Assembly (NCBI GenBank): GCA_043816005.1
Contig: JBDRIM010000064.1
Coordinates: 1 to 64,000, forward strand
Direction of reading: 5' to 3'
Length of the DNA: 64,000 bases
Source: Candidatus Micrarchaeota archaeon
GTDB lineage: Archaea; Micrarchaeota; Micrarchaeia; Anstonellales; Bilamarchaeaceae
Shown here piece after piece: positions 46,618 to 56,811 of the stretch. The translations under genes and the position numbers were made by a program. Each line of letters opens with the position of its first letter. The first letter of the stretch is position 1. Below the pieces are notes generated by a model. The model was not told the DNA's origin. It ran no database searches and worked only from the letters and a program-made list of their open reading frames with translations.

Positions 46618-47250
46618 ATCATAAAAGGCGTACTTTTTGATTTTGACGGAGTAGTAGTACAATCAGAACAACTTCATATGACAACTTTCCTTGAATTGTT
46701 GGAACCATATGGTGTAAAAGTAAGTGAAAAAAGATGGTATAGCGAATTTGCTGGAACTGGTTCGAAGCACATATTTGAAGTGCTGGTCAAAGAATACAAA
46801 ATACTAAAATCAGTGGACGAATTGGTTCAGACAAGAAAAGATAATTATGAAAAGGCAGTTAGAAATGGAATGTTGAAGTTAACACCAGGGGTTGTGGAAT
46901 TTTTGAAAAAACTCAAAGAAAAAAAGATAAAAATTGCAATTGTTTCAGGAAGCCACAGAACGAATATAAATGCAGCTTTGGAAATTTTCTGTTTAGCTAA
47001 ATTTTTCGACGTGATTGTCAGTGGTGATGAACTTGAAAAACGTAAACCAGATCCAGAACCATTTTTATACGCTGCAAGAAAACTCGATCTTACCCCCGAT
47101 GAATGTATGGCAATAGAGGATTCTGTTCCTGGAGCAAAATCCGTTAAAGCAGCAGGTATGAAATTAGTAATTGTCCATTCCCCTGCTAATATTCTCATAG
47201 ATGAAGAAGCGATAGAGATAAAGGACTTTGAAGGATTCAATTTACCATAA
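46618..47250 (+). CDS. HAD-superfamily phosphatase (beta-PGM-like) with apparent non-ATG start
   Basis: In-frame IKGVLFDFDG lies upstream of the first ATG (46678). Also KPDPEP and IEDS..G. AGGAGG RBS at 46605. Confidence 0.85.
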   Translation: MIKGVLFDFDGVVVQSEQLHMTTFLELLEPYGVKVSEKRWYSEFAGTGSKHIFEVLVKEYKILKSVDELVQTRKDNYEKAVRNGMLKLTPGVVEFLKKLKEKKIKIAIVSGSHRTNINAALEIFCLAKFFDVIVSGDELEKRKPDPEPFLYAARKLDLTPDECMAIEDSVPGAKSVKAAGMKLVIVHSPANILIDEEAIEIKDFEGFNLP

Positions 47251-47320
47251 ACCATAACTTTTTATATGGTTTTAATAAAAATAAATTATACGTTCGGAGT
47301 TTCCGCTCGAGAGGTTTAAT

Positions 47321-48496
47321 ATGATAAAGCTTGAGCTGGACCGAAAAAAACGTCACCTGCGGGTGTTGGAACAATCTGATGTTTCGTCCTTGCAAAACGG
47401 TTTTTACGGCCAGATGAAAAGAGGAATTATTTACTTGTCCCCAGAAGAAGCGCTATACATCATGGATATTAGAAACGGTAGATGTTATGACGATGCATTC
47501 AATGAATACTCATTTAACGAAGTCGCATCATTATTTGTAAAAAATAAAAAACTACTTGCAAGATATTTGACCTATAAGGATTACAGAGACAAGGGACTTG
47601 TACTGAGAAATGCGGATGAAACTGATGGAAATTATGGTAGGTCAATGTCTGTAAAGTATAAAGGCGGAAATTTTGAACTTGATGGATACTCATTTGATGG
47701 TTTATTTTTTCCTAATGATTTGATAACTCTCGTTGATGATGAGAGAGTTGGAAAAGAACTTTACGAAAGATATTGGATTGGACAATTTGGAACATATAAG
47801 GCAGCGCATAGAGGTAAAACTTCAAAACTAGATATATATGAAACGATTTATCTTATTAAACATGGTGAACTCCATCTAAAGAACTCCAATCTTGAGCAGG
47901 TTGAAAAAGTTGCCAAAAAAAGAATCAAATTTTTCAGCGATATGTATCTTGTTTACGAAGACTGGAGAAAAAGAGGGTATGTAATAAAAACAGGATTTAA
48001 ATTTGGAACGCATTTTAGGATTTATTTCCCTGGTGCTTCCCCCGTAAGAAGTGAAGACGAATGGATGCACTCTAAACATGTTATTCATGTTTTCCCAAGG
48101 AAACATAAACTGATAATTTCAGAATGGGCACGTGCCATAAGAGTTGCACACAGCGTGAAAAAAACTTTCATCTTGGCTATTCCAGGCAAAAAAACAGTAG
48201 TTGAATTCAATCCAAAAAAACCCAGACTTGATTATTTACTCTACCATAGAAAAAAAGGTGGGATAGAAACCCCTAAGGATGGGACCCCTAAGTATTTGAT
48301 GTATTCGCTTACTGAAGACGAACGCATAGGTGGAGAGGAACTTGCCACTGCGCTTGCAGAATGCCATCATTTTGGCCTTGAGATGCTCATGGCAATAAGT
48401 GATAGAGAGAGTAGTGTCACTTATTACGTGATAAAATCGATTGATTTGCCGGGAAGCGAATATGAATATTATGAAATTGAATGGGTTCAGCCCTAG
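47321..48496 (+). CDS. endA: tRNA splicing endonuclease, three-unit epsilon2-like type
   Basis: LSPEEALY..YKDYRDKG unit, catalytic GFKFGTHFRIY..H..RVAHSVKK, C-terminal EWVQP. 391-aa length. Confidence 0.9.
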   Translation: MIKLELDRKKRHLRVLEQSDVSSLQNGFYGQMKRGIIYLSPEEALYIMDIRNGRCYDDAFNEYSFNEVASLFVKNKKLLARYLTYKDYRDKGLVLRNADETDGNYGRSMSVKYKGGNFELDGYSFDGLFFPNDLITLVDDERVGKELYERYWIGQFGTYKAAHRGKTSKLDIYETIYLIKHGELHLKNSNLEQVEKVAKKRIKFFSDMYLVYEDWRKRGYVIKTGFKFGTHFRIYFPGASPVRSEDEWMHSKHVIHVFPRKHKLIISEWARAIRVAHSVKKTFILAIPGKKTVVEFNPKKPRLDYLLYHRKKGGIETPKDGTPKYLMYSLTEDERIGGEELATALAECHHFGLEMLMAISDRESSVTYYVIKSIDLPGSEYEYYEIEWVQP

Positions 48497-48670
48497 GCAT
48501 CGCCCATTGCACCTAAAATTCCGTTGAATTTTAGGTTTGGATGATGACAACCATAACGAGGTAAATAGTCCTTGCGACAAATCTCGGAACCTATGTTTAT
48601 AATAGAACGATGTTTTGAACGGCGAACCGTTCAAGACAGCCGTGAACGTTGCGACGTTCACAATATCAGA
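48497..48670. repeat. Intergenic multi-hairpin element homologous to the tRNA-Arg(TCT) D-loop intron
   Basis: 48615-48661 aligns with 56621-56666. Extra hairpin ACCTAAAATT/AATTTTAGGT at ~48510-48536. Confidence 0.7.
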
Positions 48671-48716
48671 CTAGAGAGGATATAATATTAATGAGAAAAT
48701 ATTAGAGGTGTATATT

Positions 48717-48992
48717 ATGCAAGTAAGAGCAAGCCACATTCTTGTGGAAGATGAAAAAACAGCAAAAAAATTGAAATATGAGATAGATGCAGGAGCAGAT
48801 TTCAAAAAGATAGCAAGGAAAAATTCAAAATGCCCAAGTGGAGAAGCAGGAGGAGATCTTGGATTCTTCGGAAAAGGCCAAATGGTAAAGGAATTTGAAA
48901 CTGCAGCATTTTCGCTTGCTGTTGGTGTTGTTTCAGAACCAATCAAAACTGAATTTGGATATCATTTGATTATGATAACTGAGAAGAGATAA
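48717..48992 (+). CDS. ppiC: Parvulin-type peptidyl-prolyl isomerase
   Basis: [24 protein letters not shown] and TEFGYHLI. Confidence 0.93.
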   Translation: MQVRASHILVEDEKTAKKLKYEIDAGADFKKIARKNSKCPSGEAGGDLGFFGKGQMVKEFETAAFSLAVGVVSEPIKTEFGYHLIMITEKR

Positions 48993-49112
48993 ATTTAATT
49001 AATGAGACAGCGCCCCATTAAACATTATAACACCTAAACCCACGAAGTGGGTTTCATTAACAAAATAAGGTAGATTTTTAATTTGCCTGTTTCATAATCT
49101 GAGTTGGTGTGT

Positions 49113-49736
49113 ATGAGAAAGTACGTATTTTTGCTAGTTTTGATGCTGACTATTAGCTTTGCAGCCATATGGGAATCAGGAGATGGCGGAAAAGAATTTG
49201 CAAAGAATACAATAGAAAAAATGTGTATTGAACCAGATACTGCAGCTGTTTATTCGTGCAATGGAAATGTTATACGAGTTGTTTCTTCAACTTCAGGAGC
49301 TGGAAGTACCTTCTATAAACCAGACGGCAGGATAGTAAATTGTCCAGAAGTTTCAGCACCAGCAATGGGTGCAGAGTGTCTTCAGATGATGATGCCGAAC
49401 TACTGCCCACAACAAGAACAGTGTGGTGAATCTAATGCAACAATAGTGTTTCCTGGAAATGATTTAGAAACACCAGTTGTTGAACCAGAACCAGTAGAAC
49501 CGGAAGAGAACAATACTGTTGTTCAACCGCCAGTAGAACCTCCAGTTACACCACCACCCACTCCGCCAGTTATTGAGCCACCGCCAGTAGAACCAACAGT
49601 GAACCCTACTCCGATAATAAAGACAGGCACTGAAAATCCAATGAATTTTGTTTTGCCAATTGTCTTACTTTTGGGAGTGGCTGCAATCATAATATTATTT
49701 ATGTTATTCAGGAACAGCATTCACCATGATGTTTAA
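49113..49736 (+). CDS. Secreted Cys-rich protein with Pro-rich stalk and C-terminal membrane anchor
   Basis: Signal peptide, six Cys, PPVEPP/PPPTPP linker and a TM helix. Confidence 0.75.
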   Translation: MRKYVFLLVLMLTISFAAIWESGDGGKEFAKNTIEKMCIEPDTAAVYSCNGNVIRVVSSTSGAGSTFYKPDGRIVNCPEVSAPAMGAECLQMMMPNYCPQQEQCGESNATIVFPGNDLETPVVEPEPVEPEENNTVVQPPVEPPVTPPPTPPVIEPPPVEPTVNPTPIIKTGTENPMNFVLPIVLLLGVAAIIILFMLFRNSIHHDV

Positions 49737-50935
49737 TTTTCGATATATCGTTCTTCTTTTTCAAGTTTTTTAATTAATTTTCCGATTTTCTCATGTGCCT
49801 CACGAAACGGCATCCCTTTTTTTACAAGATCATCTGCAAGTAAGGTTGCAGCTGCATAGTTAGTTTTGATCAATTCATCTGCCTTTTTTTTATTCCACTT
49901 TATTTTAGGCATTATTTCCGCAGAAATCAAAATTGATGCTAGAATAGTTTCAACTGAGTCTATAACTGCCTTTTTCGTCTCTTGGGTATCTGCATTATGC
50001 CCCGTAGGCGTTCCTTTCATTATAGTAAGCAAATTAACCAAATTACCATTGATTTTGCCTGTTCTTCCACGTATAAGCTCAAAGACATCTGGATTCATTT
50101 TGTTTGGCATTATACTGCTGCCAGTGCAGTAATCCTCTGGTAATTCAATTAAACCGACATAACTAAACCAAATCATATCCTCTGCAATTCGTGAAAGTTT
50201 TGTTGCTAAAATACTGCAAATAAAAACGAGCTCTGCTTCGAGTTCGCCACGCGAACTTATTATCTCAAGAGGGTTTTCCTCAACACCATCAAAACCAAGC
50301 AATTTGGCAGTATAATTTTTGTCTATTGGCAATGTAGTACCTGAAATAGCACATGCACCCAATGGGGATTTGTTTATTCTTTTGTAAAATTGTTCCAAAC
50401 GTTCAATATCCTTTCCAAAAGAAATGACATACGCATCAGAATAGAATTTGCTTGAAATTGGCTGTGCAACTCTAGTATGTGTATGTGCAGGAATTGTAAT
50501 GTTTCCTTTGCCAAACGCAGTGAATGCCTCCTGGAGCTTCTGTGCTGCCATCTTCAGTTCCTTCACCCTATCTCGCATATATAAACGCATGTCTAGATTG
50601 ACCTGGTCATTTCTTGAACGTGCAGTATGTATTTTTTTACCGTGCGGTGTTTTTTTGGTAACTGCAACTTCAACATTCATATGAACGTCTTCAAGAGTTG
50701 GATCGAGTTTGAAAGTGCCTGCTTTCCACTCGGATAAAACTTCGTTTAATGCTGTAAGAATTGCTTCTGATTCTTCTTGTTTGATGAGTTTTTGTTTAGT
50801 TAGCATTTTCACATGAGCAATGCTACCTATGATGTCATATTCAACAAGTTTTTCGTCGATTAATATGTTATCAGCACTATTGAACAACAGTAAATTTTTT
50901 CTCGTATCTTTTGAAAATCGTCCTCCCCAAATCAT
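49733..50935 (-). CDS. argH: Argininosuccinate lyase
   Basis: WGGRF, HTARSRNDQ, GSSIMPNKMNP and PFREAH. Confidence 0.95.
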   Translation of the reverse strand: MIWGGRFSKDTRKNLLLFNSADNILIDEKLVEYDIIGSIAHVKMLTKQKLIKQEESEAILTALNEVLSEWKAGTFKLDPTLEDVHMNVEVAVTKKTPHGKKIHTARSRNDQVNLDMRLYMRDRVKELKMAAQKLQEAFTAFGKGNITIPAHTHTRVAQPISSKFYSDAYVISFGKDIERLEQFYKRINKSPLGACAISGTTLPIDKNYTAKLLGFDGVEENPLEIISSRGELEAELVFICSILATKLSRIAEDMIWFSYVGLIELPEDYCTGSSIMPNKMNPDVFELIRGRTGKINGNLVNLLTIMKGTPTGHNADTQETKKAVIDSVETILASILISAEIMPKIKWNKKKADELIKTNYAAATLLADDLVKKGMPFREAHEKIGKLIKKLEKEERYIEN

Positions 50936-50950
50936 TGAACCACCAAATGA

Positions 50951-52213
50951 TTACTTATCATCTTTCTTATCAGTAATTTTTTTTGATTTAGCACGTTGCA
51001 TAGTAATTGCATTGTGCGCCATCAAACGAATTGCATTGATCTTAATAAATCCCGCAGAATCCATTTGATTGAAGCCACCTTCTATGTCCATGCTTGATAG
51101 ATTTTTATCGTAAAGTGAACTAGGAGATTCACGCCCTAGGATAGTTATGTTCCCTTTGTAAAGAGAAAGATGAACTACCCCGTCTATAAGCTCTTGGCTT
51201 TTGTTGATTGCTGCATTGAGAAAATCCATTTCAGGACTGAACCAAAAACCATTATACACAAATTCAGAGAACTTTGGTTCAAGCATATCACGCAACCGCA
51301 TAACTTCTCGATCCATGGCAATTGATTCTATGTCAAGGTGTGCAGCACGCAGTATCGTAACACCAGGAGTTTCATAAACTCCCCGTGATTTTATACCAAC
51401 AAATCTATTCTCAACTATGTCGATACGACCCACGCCATTTTCAGCACCAACCTCATTTAAGTAAACGAGAATGTCAAGTGGATTGGATTTTACTGTGTGG
51501 TTGTCCTTGTTTACAACTTTGATTGGAATGCCGTTTTTGAAATGGATTTCTAGAGTTGTTTCTTTTTCAGGTGCATCTTGAGGAGATTTTGTCCATTCAA
51601 ACATGGCTGGATTTGGAGCAGTCATTGGATCTTCAAGCATACCAGACTCATAACTGATATGCATAAGATTAGCATCAGTACTGTATGGTTTTTCATGAGT
51701 TGCTTTTATTGGAATTCCTTTTTCTTTTGCATAATTTATGAGATCAGGTCTGCCCTTGAATTTTGCCAAGAATTCCTGGTCTTTCCATGGTGCAAGGACT
51801 ATAATTTTTGGATTTAATGCATAGTATGTAAGTTCAAAACGAACCTGGTCGTTTCCTTTTCCTGTTGCCCCATGCGAAACATATTGCGCACCTTCTTCTT
51901 TGGCAATTTCGATTTGTTTCTGAGCTATCACTGGTCTGGCAAGTGATGTTCCAAGAAGATATCGGCTTTCGTAAATTGCATTTGCTTTGATTGCAGGGAA
52001 GATAAAATCAGTTACGAAGAGTTCTTTCAAATCTTCTACATAGACCTTGGAAGCACCAATTTGAAGTGCCTTTTCCTTTACTGCTTCAAAATCCTCCTGT
52101 TGACCAACATCTCCAATATATGCAATTACTTCATAACCTTTTTCCACTAGCCATTTCAAGATACATGACGTATCTAAACCACCTGAATATGCTAAAACTA
52201 CTTTTTCTTTCAT
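50951..52213 (-). CDS. argG: Argininosuccinate synthase
   Basis: [23 protein letters not shown] and KSRGVYETP. Confidence 0.97.
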   Translation of the reverse strand: MKEKVVLAYSGGLDTSCILKWLVEKGYEVIAYIGDVGQQEDFEAVKEKALQIGASKVYVEDLKELFVTDFIFPAIKANAIYESRYLLGTSLARPVIAQKQIEIAKEEGAQYVSHGATGKGNDQVRFELTYYALNPKIIVLAPWKDQEFLAKFKGRPDLINYAKEKGIPIKATHEKPYSTDANLMHISYESGMLEDPMTAPNPAMFEWTKSPQDAPEKETTLEIHFKNGIPIKVVNKDNHTVKSNPLDILVYLNEVGAENGVGRIDIVENRFVGIKSRGVYETPGVTILRAAHLDIESIAMDREVMRLRDMLEPKFSEFVYNGFWFSPEMDFLNAAINKSQELIDGVVHLSLYKGNITILGRESPSSLYDKNLSSMDIEGGFNQMDSAGFIKINAIRLMAHNAITMQRAKSKKITDKKDDK

Positions 52214-53112
52214 GATAAATTCACCTCTACATCTAACCCTGTTTTTTCATCAAAACCAAAACGAATATTCATGTTTTGCACAGCTTGTGATGCTGCCCCT
52301 TTGAGTAAATTATCTATTGCACTTATGATTACATGATGATCTTTTTCTTTTGAAAACCCACCTATTTTACAGTATGGAGACAATGTAACAGATTTGAAAT
52401 CAGGGATAGTATCGGATATTTTAACAAGTGGTTCTTTTTTGTAAAATTTCATATAGGTTGATTGTAGATCATCAAAATTGCCAAAAATATGGATGGTGGC
52501 AATTAGACCTCGAAAAGAATTAACAACATGTGGAACAAATGAGAATGGAACATTTAGGAACTTTGATATTTCTGGTTTTTGATAATGGTCCGAAAGACTG
52601 TACGGAACTACGTTTTCTGCGAAGTCGTATTTTTTTGTTTTTCCGCCTCCCGAATAACCACTCTTGCAATCAAAGGCAATTGCTTTGATATTGCCCTTAT
52701 CCAATGGTAGTATACCAAGTATGGCTGCGGTTGCATAACAACCTGGATTGGCAATTTTGTTTGATAGTTTTATTTTTTCCCGGTTTTTTTCCGGAAGACC
52801 ATAAACATAATTATTGTCAAAACGATGGGCAGGACTAAGATCTATTACTACGGGAGATAATTTGGATGCAATTAAAGAAGATTCTTCTTTTGGAAGTGCA
52901 AGAAAAACAACATCCATTCTGTTGAGTTCATCGATAGATGGAGCAGAATAAACAAGATCAACAATGGAATCTGGATAAAGTTCTGTCACTTTTTTTTCTA
53001 TATTGTTTTTGCTTTGTATGAATTTTAGATTGACTTCTGGATGAGCATGAAGAATAGAGACTAGTTCGTTGCCAGAATAACCAGATGCACCTAAGACTGC
53101 CACGTTTATCAT
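52210..53112 (-). CDS. argC: N-acetyl-gamma-glutamyl-phosphate reductase
   Basis: GASGYSG, IANPGCY and [14 protein letters not shown]. Confidence 0.95.
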   Translation of the reverse strand: MINVAVLGASGYSGNELVSILHAHPEVNLKFIQSKNNIEKKVTELYPDSIVDLVYSAPSIDELNRMDVVFLALPKEESSLIASKLSPVVIDLSPAHRFDNNYVYGLPEKNREKIKLSNKIANPGCYATAAILGILPLDKGNIKAIAFDCKSGYSGGGKTKKYDFAENVVPYSLSDHYQKPEISKFLNVPFSFVPHVVNSFRGLIATIHIFGNFDDLQSTYMKFYKKEPLVKISDTIPDFKSVTLSPYCKIGGFSKEKDHHVIISAIDNLLKGAASQAVQNMNIRFGFDEKTGLDVEVNLS

Positions 53113-54248
53113 AATACAACCTCGTTAAATGCTGTGATAAATTGGTCTGATTGTTTTGTTGTTAGGATTAATGGTGGCAGTAAACGGATGGTATTATCAT
53201 GAGCCACATTAACAATGATGCCATTTCCTATAAATTTTGCAACTATATCTTTTGTTGGTTTGCTCAGTTCAATTCCAACCATCAAACCTTTACCACGTAT
53301 CTCTTTTACTTGGCTTTTTCCAAGTTCAGAAATTTTATTCATAATGTAACTACCTTGGGTTTTTGCGTTTTCCATCATCCCATTTTTTGTTATTGTATCA
53401 GTAACTGAGAGTGCAACAGCACTAACAAATGAGTTACCACCAAATGTAGATGCATGATCCCCTGGTTCAAAATCAAGACCATTTGAAATTGTGGCACCGA
53501 TAGGAAGACCATTTGCAAGTCCTTTTGCTGTTGTCACAATATCTGGTTTTATATTATGTGAAATGTATTCGAAATAGGTTCCAGTTCTTCCGTTTCCTGT
53601 TTGAACTTCATCCAATATGAGCAGAACGCCTTTTGATTGGCAGATTTCATTTAGTTCTTTTAGATAATCAATTGGTGGAACGATAACTCCGGCTTCTTCC
53701 TGGATTGGTTCGAGCATTACTGCGGCTGTTTTTTCTGTTATTGCCTTGGTAATGGCAGAGATATCACCATATGGAACAAAATCAAATTTAGATAAAAGAG
53801 GACTAAATTTCTGAGTATATTTTTTGCCATGAGTAGCTGAGAGACTACCGAGAGTACGACCATGAAATGCGTTTTCGCAAACTATAAATTCGTGCTTTTT
53901 AGTATTTGCCATTGCAAGTTTGATTGCTGCTTCGTTTGCCTCAGTACCACTATTGCTGAAGAAGCATTTCTTAAGACCAGAAATATCAACTAATTTTTTT
54001 GCAAGATTGATTTGTTCTTCGGTGTAAAAAAGATTGCTGATATTAGTAAGTTTATTCGCTTGTGTGATTATTGCATTCTTTACTGCAGGATGTTGATGGC
54101 CTAAAGGGCAACATGCAATACCACCCAACATATCCAAATACCATTTTCCATTTGAATCGTAAATATGACACCCAAGTCCAGTGATTATGGCTAATGGATA
54201 ACGCGAATAGGTATTCATCAGATATTTTTTTTCGTCGTCAATTAACAT
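53109..54248 (-). CDS. argD: Acetylornithine aminotransferase
   Basis: NSGTEANEAA, FHGRT, DEVQTG and AKGL; operon context. Confidence 0.93.
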   Translation of the reverse strand: MLIDDEKKYLMNTYSRYPLAIITGLGCHIYDSNGKWYLDMLGGIACCPLGHQHPAVKNAIITQANKLTNISNLFYTEEQINLAKKLVDISGLKKCFFSNSGTEANEAAIKLAMANTKKHEFIVCENAFHGRTLGSLSATHGKKYTQKFSPLLSKFDFVPYGDISAITKAITEKTAAVMLEPIQEEAGVIVPPIDYLKELNEICQSKGVLLILDEVQTGNGRTGTYFEYISHNIKPDIVTTAKGLANGLPIGATISNGLDFEPGDHASTFGGNSFVSAVALSVTDTITKNGMMENAKTQGSYIMNKISELGKSQVKEIRGKGLMVGIELSKPTKDIVAKFIGNGIIVNVAHDNTIRLLPPLILTTKQSDQFITAFNEVVL

Positions 54249-55594
54249 TTTGTCACCATATTGAAATTCTTATTTTGATTCAAATAGAGTGTATCGCATT
54301 TTGCTGTCAGTGTTTGGGGCATATTGCAGATAGCCGGAACTAAGGAAGATGTTATTGATGGTTGCATATTATACCAAAAAACAACCCATTGGTGGTTTTT
54401 TTGGACTCCATCTGCATTTTTGAAATACCAACCATTTATTGAATTTTCAATTGTTGAACGCCAGATAAGTGATGGATAATATTTTTTGATCATACACCAG
54501 ACAGATTTACCAAGGCCATTTCCTTGTGCATTTTTCGAAACAGCAAATTTATCTAGATAATAGTGACCAGAAAATTTCTTTATGATTGCAATTGCAGAAT
54601 AATCTTTTTCCAGGATAATGCTATCGATTGGATAATCGAAATAATTATCTGAAAGAATTTTACCAAAGCTATCTTCCAACAAACTTTTGATTTTTTTAGT
54701 GTTGAGACCACTGAAGTTTTTTTTGATAATAAAGTTACCACCATAACGAACAAAAGTGCCGCTTCCTTTTACTGTGAACAGTTCCTTAAGGAGATTCTCG
54801 GGTGAACAGATTTCCACGATAGTATCTGGAACATGAGTAAGTAATTTTTCTATTTCTTGGACTTTGAGCAGCATACCTTCGTTTATCACTTTGTTTTCAA
54901 TCAATCCCTTCAGATCATATTTTATGTCAATAGCAGAGATTATTTTTCCGTCTTTGTCTAGTATGCCACCTGTTCCCGTAAGAAGAATAAATTTTTTTGG
55001 TTTGATTTTTTTGACAATTTCGTTAGAAAGGATATCTGCATTTATGTTGTATGCTGATTTTTTGATTTTTCCTAAAGAAGCTAGTACTGGTATGTGACCC
55101 GAACTGCAAAGTTCTTTGATTTTATCAGAATGAATATTGGTTACTTCGGCTACAAAACCAAGGTCAACACCATCAACAATTGCTTTTTGTACTTCGATCA
55201 TACCAAGATCATTAATATTTATTGCACGTCCGCCTTTTTTGTTGATGGAACTTACAAGATCAGTTGTGAGTTTATCCATAACTTTAGAAACTATTTTTAT
55301 TGAGTCTGAATCGGTAATTCGAAGACCATTGATTTTTTTGCTTTCAATCCCTTTTTTCTTGAGGGCTTCTTCAATTGGCTTCCCACCACCATGGATGACG
55401 ATTGGACAGAGACCGAGTTTAGATAGAAACGCAAGATCATCAGATACTGCACCCATATTTTCAGAGAGAGTTGCACCACTTATTTTAATTACTGCAAATT
55501 TATGTGGTTTGGACTGTTTGAACAGTCGCAAGTAAAGCCCAAGCTCATTTTCAAGGCCCAAGCTAGTGAGAAATTTCATTAGTGCATCTTTCAT
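54242..55594 (-). CDS. argB: Acetylglutamate kinase fused to DUF619/GNAT domain (bifunctional NAGS/K-like)
   Basis: AVIKISG, IHGGG and NINAD (AAK domain), then YLDKFAV..AQGNGLG..LIWRS..NGWYFKNADG (DUF619). Confidence 0.9.
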   Translation of the reverse strand: MKDALMKFLTSLGLENELGLYLRLFKQSKPHKFAVIKISGATLSENMGAVSDDLAFLSKLGLCPIVIHGGGKPIEEALKKKGIESKKINGLRITDSDSIKIVSKVMDKLTTDLVSSINKKGGRAININDLGMIEVQKAIVDGVDLGFVAEVTNIHSDKIKELCSSGHIPVLASLGKIKKSAYNINADILSNEIVKKIKPKKFILLTGTGGILDKDGKIISAIDIKYDLKGLIENKVINEGMLLKVQEIEKLLTHVPDTIVEICSPENLLKELFTVKGSGTFVRYGGNFIIKKNFSGLNTKKIKSLLEDSFGKILSDNYFDYPIDSIILEKDYSAIAIIKKFSGHYYLDKFAVSKNAQGNGLGKSVWCMIKKYYPSLIWRSTIENSINGWYFKNADGVQKNHQWVVFWYNMQPSITSSLVPAICNMPQTLTAKCDTLYLNQNKNFNMVTKC

Positions 55595-55639
55595 AGATAA
55601 ACGTGGGTAGAAATTTGTATTTAAATATTGCGCGCTGGG

Positions 55640-55676
55640 TGTTACATTTAATTACACATATGTTCTAAATGTAACA
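55640..55676. promoter_or_regulatory. Inverted repeat in the divergent arg/ACT promoter, putative operator
   Basis: TGTTACATTTA-N15-TAAATGTAACA. Confidence 0.5.
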
Positions 55677-55683
55677 AAGAAGG

Positions 55684-56289
55684 TTGATACAAATGGAAAA
55701 AATAAGTGAATTGGTTTGGCTTTATATAAAAAGAAGACCATTTTTGAAAGAAATAGTACGAGATGGGATAGTAAATCATTCTGCACTGGCAAGAAAAATA
55801 GCAATAGAAGCATTAGGTAGTATGAGATATGGAAATGCAGTAAAAATGGCACTGATAAGAATGAGTTCCAGGCTTGAAAAAAGCGAAGAAAAACTTGAAA
55901 GCAGAATTCTTGAGGTTTTGAAAAAAAGTTCGATGGTAATAAAGAATAAAGTTGTGGCTGTCACTACAAAACGAGAGATAGAAGGGATAACACCCTTATC
56001 CTATGCAAAATCAGGACGACATATAACATATATACTTGAACAAGTGGATTTTGAGAATATACCAAAAAAATTGATCTGGAAAGGAGAAGAAAATTTAAAT
56101 CTTATAACAATAGAAAGCCCGGAAACCCTTGAGGAAGTACCAGGAGTAATTTCTCACATACTTAGCGCACTTGCATCCGAAGGAATAAACGTTGTTGAAT
56201 TCATTTCATGCTATACGGATACTATATTGGTGATAAAACAGGCAGACACTTCAAGAGCATACCAAATTTTGTCTGAATTGACTGAATAA
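55684..56289 (+). CDS. ACT-domain protein with N-terminal helical (HTH-like) domain, probable amino-acid-sensing regulator
   Basis: GIVNHSALARKI..AVKMALIR N-domain and PGVISHILSALASEGINV ACT motif. Divergent from the arg operon. Confidence 0.8.
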   Translation: MIQMEKISELVWLYIKRRPFLKEIVRDGIVNHSALARKIAIEALGSMRYGNAVKMALIRMSSRLEKSEEKLESRILEVLKKSSMVIKNKVVAVTTKREIEGITPLSYAKSGRHITYILEQVDFENIPKKLIWKGEENLNLITIESPETLEEVPGVISHILSALASEGINVVEFISCYTDTILVIKQADTSRAYQILSELTE

Positions 56290-56454
56290 TTTTTGTCCGA
56301 TGCACTCACCTACGGCTCGTGGGGGATTCGAAATGGAGATTACAGTTATCGCCACTTTGTTCCAGAATTTTCCTGAGCAGACCTAATGCTGTGAAAAGTA
56401 AAATAAAAGGTTTGCCAAATTTTCCCGTCAGGGAAAATTTTAGCAAAAAAGAAA

Positions 56455-56693
56455 CGGGCCCGGTGAGATTTGAACTCACGACCTACAGCTGGCACCTTTT
56501 TAGTAAAAAGGTGCCCCCAAAAACGGGGTGTCCTATTTACTAGAGATTAGAAGGCTGCCGCTCTATCCAAGTTGCTCATAAGTTTACCATTTTCGCGATA
56601 CAGCGAAAATTAGCATGTACTTGAACGATACTTCGTTCAAGACTGCCATGAATGCAAAACATTCATTGCAAAACAAAACTGAGCTACGAGCCC
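56455..56693 (-). tRNA. tRNA-Arg(TCT) with two introns: 15/16 (56572-56678, 107 nt) and 37/38 (56491-56547)
   Basis: Spliced: GGGCTCG TA GCTC AGCTTGGATA GAGC G GCAGC CTTCTAA GCTGT AGGTC GTGAG TTCAAAT CTCAC CGGGCCC G. Confidence 0.9.
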
Positions 56694-56811
56694 TGAATTT
56701 TAATTAACGAGCCAGTTTTGGCTCCCTGTTGTTCGGCGTTCCGAACAATGGGCCGTTGAACGAAATATTGTTCAATCGGCCACCTTTTAACTAAAAGGTG
56801 GAAACGAGCCC
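56694..56811 (-). repeat. Four-hairpin insert bounded by duplicated tRNA 5' end GGGCTCGT
   Basis: ACGAGCCC at 56686-56693 and 56804-56811, with a partial copy at 56707-56713. Hairpins at 56709-56724, 56727-56750, 56751-56781 and 56780-56801. Confidence 0.65.

Noticed and set aside
48540..48600. ATGATGA as the C box of a C/D guide sRNA
   Set aside because: No CTGA D box was found downstream on the same strand at a plausible distance.
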